From contig CALUSR010000001.1 of the NCBI GenBank assembly GCA_944323485.1, forward strand, positions 386,437 through 450,436: 64,000 bases of DNA, read 5' to 3'. Of this stretch, positions 10,314 through 17,938 are shown in pieces. How positions within the stretch are numbered: the first letter of the stretch is position 1; each line of letters opens with the position of its first letter. The stretch comes from Candidatus Gastranaerophilales bacterium (GTDB lineage: Bacteria > Cyanobacteriota > Vampirovibrionia > Gastranaerophilales > CAJFVJ01). The translations under genes and the position numbers were made by a program. The notes beneath the pieces are model-generated. The model saw nothing but the letters and a program-made list of their open reading frames with translations. It was not told the DNA's origin and made no database searches.

Positions 10314-11519
10314 ATGAAAAACAATAAAAAAGAGTCTATAAACATCTGTTTCGCATGCTATGATAACTATGCTCAACATACCGGAGTTGTTATTTCATCA
10401 GTATTGCAAAACTATAAGGGTAATTTTACACTTAATTTTTTTGTTGTATACAGCTATATTTCTCCCGAAAATATAAAAAAATTGAAAAAAGTTGCCGAAA
10501 CTGAAATTTCTCATATAGAATTTGTTCTTGTTGACAGAGAAAAATTTGCTTCTTTATGCGGGTCTGCTAATGAACGTTTTTTACCGGAGTGTTTTTTGAA
10601 GCTTAAGATGGCTGATTTTTTGGAAGGGGTGGACAGAGTTATTTTTCTTGATTCTGATATTGTTGTCATTGGTAATATCGCAGAACTCTGGAACATTGAT
10701 ATAGAAGGTTATTCAATAGGTGCTGTAAGAGATTTTGCCAATTTACGGCATCTTGCTGATATAACAGGCGGGCATGAGTATTTCAATTCAGGTATTTTGT
10801 TGATTAATCTAAAAAAGTGGAGAGAAGAGAATACGGAAGAGAGGTTATTTAGCTTTCTGAAAGAATATCCTGACAGGATGGTGTGGAATGATCAGGATTT
10901 GTTGAATGGTGTTTTATATAATGAAGTAAAATATCTCGATGAGGGCTGGAACTTTCAGTATAATGTTGATAATCCCGAAGTTGAGAAGAAAATTTCTTCG
11001 ACAAAAATTAATCTTATACACTTCGTTACAAGGAACAAGCCGTGGAATGCCGCGCATTTTTCATATAAATTCAGGGATAAGTATTTGTATTATCTTTTTC
11101 AAACGCCATGGCGGCAGAATGTTGTTTCGGTATATTTTACGATATGGAAAAAACGTTTGTTTAGAGAATATTTCGTAAGAAAAGAACAGAAAAAACAGCT
11201 AATCAGACTGAGAGAACTTGCAAAAGGCAAGAAAGTTGTTTTTTGGGGTGCCAGCAATTATCTTAAGAGTTTTATTCAAAATTGCAAGCTTAAAGACGAT
11301 AATATTTTGGGGATTGTTGATGCAAATTCTGAAAAAGCAGGGCAGTCATTCGGCGGGTACAAAATTTTCCGGGCTGATTGTTTATGCGGTCTCAAGCCTG
11401 ATTTGGTAATATCGTCCGTTGTGAACCATCCGAAGATGAAAAATACAATTTCTCATGAGCTTAAGCAGCGAGAAATATCTTCTGAGGTTGTTGATGATTT
11501 GTTTTATTTGATTGATTAG
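10314..11519 (+). CDS. Glycosyltransferase family 8 with C-terminal Rossmann-like domain
   Basis: NICFACYDNY, IFLDSDIVV (DxD), YFNSGILLINL, NDQDLLN, LIHF..KPW. Confidence 0.9.
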   Translation: MKNNKKESINICFACYDNYAQHTGVVISSVLQNYKGNFTLNFFVVYSYISPENIKKLKKVAETEISHIEFVLVDREKFASLCGSANERFLPECFLKLKMADFLEGVDRVIFLDSDIVVIGNIAELWNIDIEGYSIGAVRDFANLRHLADITGGHEYFNSGILLINLKKWREENTEERLFSFLKEYPDRMVWNDQDLLNGVLYNEVKYLDEGWNFQYNVDNPEVEKKISSTKINLIHFVTRNKPWNAAHFSYKFRDKYLYYLFQTPWRQNVVSVYFTIWKKRLFREYFVRKEQKKQLIRLRELAKGKKVVFWGASNYLKSFIQNCKLKDDNILGIVDANSEKAGQSFGGYKIFRADCLCGLKPDLVISSVVNHPKMKNTISHELKQREISSEVVDDLFYLID

Positions 11520-12871
11520 ATTTTGATGAGAAGATTTTTGTTTTTTACGATAGGATTGCCCTGTACAAAAACATAGTCAGGATGGCTTTTTTCAAACAAA
11601 TCTTTGTAAGTTTTACCTTCATCCAGTTTAAATACAAGGAAGTCTGCGTCTTTGCCTTTGTCCAAACTTCCGATAAGGTTGTCCAATCTGAGCATTTTTG
11701 CAGGGTTAATTGTAATCATATCAAGCAGTTTGAGTGTATCTATATCTTTGTCTTTTTTGATATAACGCACTTCGTTCAGCAGGCTTAAATCATCGTTGCT
11801 TGCAAGGCTGTCTGTGGCAATTGCCGATTTTCCGGGGAAGAATTTAAGAAGTTTAAATATGTTTACTGTCTTTTTATGAAGTTTTTGATTGCTTCTCGGG
11901 CAGTGGACAACGCTTACTCCCTTTGACGCCAGCATTTCAAGTTCTTCATCAAACAGTTGGTTTACATGGACTGCTATCAAATTGCTGTTCAAAACATTTA
12001 GCGCATTGAGATATTCAACAGGTGTTTTATTCTCAAGTGTCGGGCGCATGTTTGTGAAATCAATGAATTTGTAAAGTTTGTCTATATCAGATGAGCCTTT
12101 TTTGAGCCATTCCACTTCTTCAATTGACTCACCAAGACATGTTTGCATTAAGACATTGTATTTCTGGGAAAATTTTGACAGTACTTCCCAGAAACGGCTG
12201 TGTACACTGTAGATAGAATTTGGTTCAAGGCCAAAATAAGTGTTGTTGTTTCTTCTTTCTATAAATCTTCTGATTTGTTTTCTCAGTTTTCTGAAAGCTT
12301 TTTTGTTTGATTTTTTTGCATCGGAGAAAAGTTCTATGAATATATATGATTTTATTGGAGAGGAGTTCAGGATTTCGACAAATTCTTTTTCTCTTGATAC
12401 CTGCGCTACACATGTTGTTCCTGAAGTAATTGACATTTCAAGCCCGTTTTTGAAGGATTTTACTCTTGTTTTTTTATCCCAGCATATATAACTTTTGAGC
12501 ATGTCAATATACCAGCCGATGAATTTTTCTTTCGGGATATAACCTACAAGGAAAAGCTTTTTTAGAGATAAAAGGATTTTTTTGATTATAGCTTTTGAGT
12601 CATGCAATTTGACTTTGCCTACATCAGTATATTGAAGATGAGTATGGGCGTTTATAAATCCCGGGGTAATTATGGAGTTGCCATAGCTAAATAATTGGTA
12701 TTCTTTGTCTCCGAGTATATCAGAGATTAGGTTTCCGTCGATGATATCAACTATTTTCCCTTCTTCTACAACAAGGGCTTTATCCTCAAGCGCCTGTTGA
12801 TTCCCCGGCAATATCCACTTGGCTTTATAAACTTCTAACATTATTTTTTTATCCTGTTTCGATATCTTCAA
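11516..12871 (-). CDS. Amidohydrolase superfamily protein (MTA/SAH- or aminofutalosine-deaminase-like)
   Basis: PGFINAHTHL, VHCPRSN, ATDSLASND, GSLDKGKDADF. Confidence 0.8.
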   Translation of the reverse strand: MKISKQDKKIMLEVYKAKWILPGNQQALEDKALVVEEGKIVDIIDGNLISDILGDKEYQLFSYGNSIITPGFINAHTHLQYTDVGKVKLHDSKAIIKKILLSLKKLFLVGYIPKEKFIGWYIDMLKSYICWDKKTRVKSFKNGLEMSITSGTTCVAQVSREKEFVEILNSSPIKSYIFIELFSDAKKSNKKAFRKLRKQIRRFIERRNNNTYFGLEPNSIYSVHSRFWEVLSKFSQKYNVLMQTCLGESIEEVEWLKKGSSDIDKLYKFIDFTNMRPTLENKTPVEYLNALNVLNSNLIAVHVNQLFDEELEMLASKGVSVVHCPRSNQKLHKKTVNIFKLLKFFPGKSAIATDSLASNDDLSLLNEVRYIKKDKDIDTLKLLDMITINPAKMLRLDNLIGSLDKGKDADFLVFKLDEGKTYKDLFEKSHPDYVFVQGNPIVKNKNLLIKI

Positions 12872-12946
12872 TTTTTATTTTAAATCATAAAGATTTTTTT
12901 GTCAGTTTTTTTTAGTTTGTTGTATAATTAATACATAATTATAAAC

Positions 12947-13018
12947 GGGTGTGTGGCGCAGTGGTAGCGCAGTTGACTCTTAATCAATTGGTCGTGGGTT
13001 CGAATCCCACCGCACCCA
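12947..13018 (+). tRNA. tRNA-Lys (anticodon CTT), CCA not encoded
   Basis: Acceptor stem GGGTGTG/CGCACCC, D-arm GCGC-AGTGGTA-GCGC, anticodon stem GTTGA/TCAAT with loop CT-CTT-AA, T-loop GGTTCGAATCC. Confidence 0.95.
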
Positions 13019-13140
13019 GTTTTTTATGAGAAGGCTAAAGAAGGTTGAAAAGTATCTCTTTGTCGGATTGAAATTCTGGGGAAGTTTATACAAATAGCTT
13101 TATATTCAAATTTATGTTATTCTTTATGCGGAGATGAAAT

Positions 13141-14322
13141 ATGGAAAATTTATTATCAGACAGAATCAAGCAAACACCGCCATCATTTATAAGAAGCATA
13201 CTTAAAACAGCGGCAGATCCTGAGATTATTTCTTTTGCCGGAGGACTTCCAAACCCGATTTCTTTTCCGCAGGAAGATTTGTTGCTGTCCATGGAAAGAA
13301 TTGTGAAAACCTATGGAAGCAAGTGTTTTCAATATTCAATAACTGCAGGTCTTCCTGAACTGCGTCAATATATTGCAGAAAGATATAATAAAAAATTCGG
13401 ATTAAATCTCAATTTTGAAAATGTTCTTATCACAACAGGTTCTCAGCAGGCGCTTGATTTGATAGGGAAGATTTTTTTGAATAAAAATGATGGTGTAATT
13501 CTCGAAAAACCGAGTTATCTCGGTGCAATTCAGGCTTTTTCCCAGTATCAACCGAAGTTTTATCAGATTGAATTGACTCAGGATGGGATGAATACTGAAG
13601 AGCTGGAGAAGACCTTGCAGAATAATAATATCAAATTTATTTATGCAATTCCTGATTTTCAAAATCCGACGGGGTTGAGTTATTCTGAGAAAACAAGACA
13701 GGAAATCAGGGATATTTTGAAAGATAGGGATATTGTATTGATAGAGGATGATCCTTATGGCGATTTGCGTTTTGATGGAGTAAGACTTCCTTATATAGGC
13801 GCAGGCAAGCTTAAAAACAGTATTCTTATGGGGACTTTTTCAAAAACGGTTACCCCAGGTATGAGAACAGGGTTTATAATTTCCGAGAATGCTGAAATCT
13901 TGAAGAATATTTCTCTTGCAAAAGAAGCAAGCGATTTGCACAGCAATATATTTTCGCAGTATTTGATTTGGGATTATTTGACACATAACGATATTGAAGA
14001 GCATATTTCTAAGATAACAGCGTTATACAAAGAGCAGTCAGGTGCTATGCTGAATGCTATGGAAAGATACTTTCCTAAAGAAATTAAATATACAACACCT
14101 CATGGCGGTATGTTTCTGTGGGTAACGCTTCCTGAGGGAGTCAGCTCTGTAGAGATGTTCCCAAAGGCTTTGGAGAAAAAAGTCGTCTATGTTCCGGGGG
14201 ATCCCTTCTATGTCGGTTTGAAAGATGTTAATGCAATGCGTTTGAATTATACGAATGCTGACTCTAAGACAATTGAAGAAGGCATCAAAAGATTGGGCAA
14301 ACTGCTTGAGGATGTAATTTAA
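13141..14322 (+). CDS. PLP-dependent aminotransferase class I/II (LysN/aromatic type)
   Basis: ISFAGGLPNP, ITTGSQQALDL, PDFQNPTG, IEDDPYG, GTFSKTVTPGMRTG (PLP Lys). Confidence 0.9.
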   Translation: MENLLSDRIKQTPPSFIRSILKTAADPEIISFAGGLPNPISFPQEDLLLSMERIVKTYGSKCFQYSITAGLPELRQYIAERYNKKFGLNLNFENVLITTGSQQALDLIGKIFLNKNDGVILEKPSYLGAIQAFSQYQPKFYQIELTQDGMNTEELEKTLQNNNIKFIYAIPDFQNPTGLSYSEKTRQEIRDILKDRDIVLIEDDPYGDLRFDGVRLPYIGAGKLKNSILMGTFSKTVTPGMRTGFIISENAEILKNISLAKEASDLHSNIFSQYLIWDYLTHNDIEEHISKITALYKEQSGAMLNAMERYFPKEIKYTTPHGGMFLWVTLPEGVSSVEMFPKALEKKVVYVPGDPFYVGLKDVNAMRLNYTNADSKTIEEGIKRLGKLLEDVI

Positions 14323-14371
14323 TTTTAAAACATTTTTATGGAACACTCGAAACTTCAGGGATGCGTGTATC

Positions 14372-15427
14372 TTGGACGGTTTTGCTGAGAAGATATTCAA
14401 AAATAAAATATTTAATGAAAATAAACTGCTAAAATTCGGCTTTGTGAAGAACGGTGAAAAGTTTATTTATACCAAAGATATTTTTGATAAACAGTTTTTA
14501 TTGACAGTTATTATATCTGGCAAAAAAGAGATAGAAACAAAGCTTGTTGATATTATATCAGGGGACTTATACACTCTTCACCTTGTTGAAACAGCTGCCG
14601 GTAAATTTGTCGGGCAGGTCAGAGAGGCTTATGAGAATATTTTGAATTTAATATCCCGGGAATGCTGCAGCGATACATATTTTGCTTATGCGCAGGCAAA
14701 CCGTCTTGCTGATTTGATTAAATCAAAGTACAATGATACTCCCGAATTTTTGTGGGATAAATTTCCCGGATTTGGTGTTTTCAGAAATCCTCAGAGCGAG
14801 AAATGGTATGCTCTGATATCACGTATTGATAAATCGAAGATTGATAAAAAAAACTCCGGAGAAATCGAGATTGTGAATATAAAACTTGACAAAGACGAGA
14901 TAAAACACCTGCTTAAGCTTGAGGGATTTTATCCTGCATATCATATGAATAAAAAAAGCTGGATAACAATTATTCTTGATGGAAGTATTCCTGATGATAA
15001 AATAATGGAGTTAATAGAAAAAAGCCATGGTTTTTCTGAAGGAAGAAAAAAGACAAAAAATTCCAAATCAGAATGGCTTGTCCCGTGCAATCCTAAATAT
15101 TTTGATGTTGATTCAGCTTTCAAAAAAAGCAGGGAGATAATCTGGAAACAATCAAGCAATATTAAAAGAGGAGATATTGTTTATTTGTATATCGGTGCTC
15201 CTTTATCTGCTGTACGTTACAAATGCGAGGCATCAGAAGTTGATATCCCTTATGATTATAAAGATGAAAATTTGACAATCAACAAAGTAATGAAAATAAG
15301 ATTGCTAAAAAAATATGACAAAGACTTTTTATCGTTTAAAATATTGAAAGACTACGGAGTTAATGCGATCAGGGGACCGAGAAGCATTCCTGAGATGTTG
15401 AGTGATTTTATAAATAAAAAGGGATAA
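14372..15427 (+). CDS. MmcQ/YjbR family protein with C-terminal EVE/PUA-like domain
   Basis: PEFLWDKFP..VFR..KWYALI, GFYPAYHMNKKSWITI (YjbR); C-terminal WLVPCNPKYFD...W...IKRGDIVYLY. Confidence 0.75.
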   Translation: MDGFAEKIFKNKIFNENKLLKFGFVKNGEKFIYTKDIFDKQFLLTVIISGKKEIETKLVDIISGDLYTLHLVETAAGKFVGQVREAYENILNLISRECCSDTYFAYAQANRLADLIKSKYNDTPEFLWDKFPGFGVFRNPQSEKWYALISRIDKSKIDKKNSGEIEIVNIKLDKDEIKHLLKLEGFYPAYHMNKKSWITIILDGSIPDDKIMELIEKSHGFSEGRKKTKNSKSEWLVPCNPKYFDVDSAFKKSREIIWKQSSNIKRGDIVYLYIGAPLSAVRYKCEASEVDIPYDYKDENLTINKVMKIRLLKKYDKDFLSFKILKDYGVNAIRGPRSIPEMLSDFINKKG

Positions 15428-15428
15428 T

Positions 15429-16745
15429 ATGGAACAGACATCAATTTTTACAAATGAATCGAACCAACCGCTACCATCCCGCCTCAGACCGAGAAATTTG
15501 GATGAATTTGTCGGGCAGACCCATCTGATTGGTGAGGGAAAAATTTTGCGAAAATTGATAGAAGAAGACAAGATTTCATCACTCATATTCTGGGGACCTC
15601 CCGGGGTAGGGAAGACAACTCTTGCAAGCATTATTGCAAATAAGACAAACTCTTCGTTTATTAATTTCTCGGCAGTAACAAGCGGTATAAAAGAAATCAA
15701 AGAAGTGATGACAAAAGCCGAGCAAGCCCGCAAAATGGGTGAGAAGACGATTGTTTTTGTGGATGAAATACATCGTTTCAACAAAGCACAGCAGGATGCG
15801 TTTTTGCCGTTTGTTGAAAAGGGGAGTATTATTCTTATCGGGGCAACCACCGAAAATCCGTCTTTTGAGGTTAATGGTGCTTTGCTTTCACGATGTAAAG
15901 TTTTTGTTTTGCAAGGGTTGAAAACGGAAGATTTGGTTTCTCTTTTGAAAAGAGCAATCACTGATAAAAGAGGATTTGGAAGCCAAAGAGTAAATATAAC
16001 TGATGACCAGCTTGAAGCAGTGGCAAAGTTTGCAAACGGTGATGCGAGAAATGCTCTTTCAACACTTGAGATGGTTGTTCTGAACGGTGATGTCAACAGC
16101 AACGGTGAAATTACGGTTACTGATGATACGCTTGAGCAGTGTATATCAAAGAAGTCGCTTTTGTATGATAAAAACGGCGAAGAACACTACAATATTATTT
16201 CAGCCCTTCATAAATCAATGAGAAATTCAGACCCTGATGCTGCTGTTTACTGGCTTGCAAGAATGCTCGAGGCAGGAGAAGACCCTTTGTATGTGGCAAG
16301 GAGAATTACGCGATTTGCAAGCGAGGATGTAGGACTGGCTGACCCTCATGCTCTTGAGATTGCCGTTGCCGCATATCAGGCATGTCATTTTATCGGAATG
16401 CCTGAGTGTTCGGTGCATCTTACACAGGCTGTTGTTTATATGTCGCTTGCTCCAAAGTCGAATGCGCTGTATGTTGCATATGAAACAGCCAAAAAAGATG
16501 CCATAAAAGAACTTGCAGAGCCTGTGCCGCTTGTAATAAGGAACGCTCCGACAAAATTGATGAAGGAGTTAAACTATGGCAAGGGTTACCAGTATGCACA
16601 TGATACAAAAGAAAAATTGACAAATATGCAGTGTCTTCCTGAGTCGCTGCATGGGAAGGAATATTACCGCCCGACAGAACAGGGGCTTGAGGCAAAATAT
16701 AAAGCTAAGCTTGAAAAAATCAAAGAATGGAAAAAGTCGCACTGA
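15429..16745 (+). CDS. rarA: Replication-associated recombination protein A (AAA+ ATPase)
   Basis: RLRPRNLDEFVGQ, WGPPGVGKTT, FVDEIHRFNKAQQD, GATTENPSF, SALHKSMRNSDPDAA, YQYAHD. Confidence 0.95.
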   Translation: MEQTSIFTNESNQPLPSRLRPRNLDEFVGQTHLIGEGKILRKLIEEDKISSLIFWGPPGVGKTTLASIIANKTNSSFINFSAVTSGIKEIKEVMTKAEQARKMGEKTIVFVDEIHRFNKAQQDAFLPFVEKGSIILIGATTENPSFEVNGALLSRCKVFVLQGLKTEDLVSLLKRAITDKRGFGSQRVNITDDQLEAVAKFANGDARNALSTLEMVVLNGDVNSNGEITVTDDTLEQCISKKSLLYDKNGEEHYNIISALHKSMRNSDPDAAVYWLARMLEAGEDPLYVARRITRFASEDVGLADPHALEIAVAAYQACHFIGMPECSVHLTQAVVYMSLAPKSNALYVAYETAKKDAIKELAEPVPLVIRNAPTKLMKELNYGKGYQYAHDTKEKLTNMQCLPESLHGKEYYRPTEQGLEAKYKAKLEKIKEWKKSH

Positions 16746-16813
16746 TTGATTCAGATATATCTGTATTTTATGAATTTGTAAGCTTGCGTGATAAAAAAAC
16801 AGTGTGAATATAA

Positions 16814-16963
16814 GGAACTTATATAGCCAATTTCACAGATAATATTAGAAGTCCGTCATTCTGAGGGCTTTAGCCCGAAGAATCCTTTTTGTTCAGATAC
16901 TTCGCTAACGCTCAGTATGACGTTGTTTGGGAAATTTTTGACGGAATTTGCTATATAAATTCC
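16814..16963. mobile_element. MITE copy 1: 150 bp, 21-bp TIRs, 8-bp TSD GAATATAA (16806-16813 / 16964-16971)
   Basis: TIRs GGAACTTATATAGCCAATTTC and GGAATTTGCTATATAAATTCC (18/21 inverted match); perfect flanking 8-bp direct repeat; 139/150 identical to the copy at 48647. Confidence 0.9.
16854..16921. repeat. CGTC-tagged REP-like inverted doublet inside the MITE
   Basis: CGTCATTCTGAGGGCTTTAGCCCGAAGAATC ... GATACTTCGCTAACGCTCAGTATGACG; the two units are inverted homologues, each with a small internal hairpin. Confidence 0.75.
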
Positions 16964-17041
16964 GAATATAAGATTTTTACAAATACCGTAATAAATAATA
17001 TAATAAACTAAAAACTCTGTTATACAAAAATAATTCGGATA

Positions 17042-17819
17042 ATGATTATGAAAAATTTGTTTTATACGGAAAAGATTGAAGGGACTCACAGAGTTATTTG
17101 TCTTTGCGGGATAAAGCTGAAATTCAGACTTTCGCAAAGGGAGCGTGAAAAAAAAAGAGGGAACAAGTTTATTTTGCATAAAGAAAACGGAGAGATTGTC
17201 GAGTTTCCCCAAATTGACGGTCTTGATGTTGTGTTCAAAGGACAAAATTGTACTGTAGAAATTTTTGAACCCTGCAATTTCAAAAAAGAGAGCTGGCATC
17301 AATCGAGGATTGAAATGGAAGGAGAAAATCATTTTGCACGAATAAAAGGCTCAAAGTATGGTATAGCAAGGCTTGAGGCGAATTTTCGGGGGGGGGGGAA
17401 CATCCCTTTTAATTGGAGAAAATTTTTATCTTACGGGTCATGTTCGTTTTGATATTGAGAGTGAAGGTTGCTGCTCCATAAAAATCGGTGATGATTGTAT
17501 GTTTGCAGATGGAATAAATTTTTTGGGAACTGATAGGCATACAATTTATGATATTTCTGATAGAAAAAATATAAACCTGACTAAATACGGAATAACTGTT
17601 GGCAACCACGTATGGGTTGCACGCAATGTTGTTGTATTGAAAGATGTCACAATACCTGATAACACGGTTGTTGGTATCGGGAGTATTGTTACCAAATCGT
17701 TTGATGAGGAGAATACAATTATCGGAGGGGTTCCGGCAAAAATTTTGAGAAGGGGAGTGAACTGGGACAGACGCAAACAGACCGAATATCTCAAATCACT
17801 TGAAGACACCGGATTATAA
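17042..17819 (+). pseudogene. Hexapeptide-repeat (LbH) sugar O-acetyltransferase split by a G11 tract (frameshifted; candidate phase-variable gene)
   Basis: ORFs 17042-17452 and 17373-17819 join into one 258-aa frame if G11 (17388-17398) is G10. C-terminal IKIGDDCMFA, ITVGNHVWVA, IPDNTVVGIGSIVTK, GGVPAKI are LbH acetyltransferase motifs. Confidence 0.85.
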
Positions 17820-17938
17820 TTCTTATATAAAAAGAAAGCTTGAAGAAGCTTGTTTTATTGATAAGAAAATAACAGAGCAATGGTATCCTGAGGAGGATTA
17901 TCATACTTTATATATTGCCGGGATTGAGAAGATTTTGC

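Noticed and set aside
13019-13140. Riboswitch upstream of the aminotransferase, or upstream of pnuC (45307-45374)
   Set aside because: The regions are short and lack lysine, TPP, FMN or preQ1 aptamer signatures
15329-16102. 257-aa antisense ORF within rarA
   Set aside because: Shadow frame of a conserved gene; the same applies to the 222-aa antisense ORF at 34192-34860 and the many 60-130 aa nested ORFs
16856-17332. 158-aa minus-strand ORF spanning the MITE
   Set aside because: Antisense to the acetyltransferase and running into the repeat; no recognisable domain
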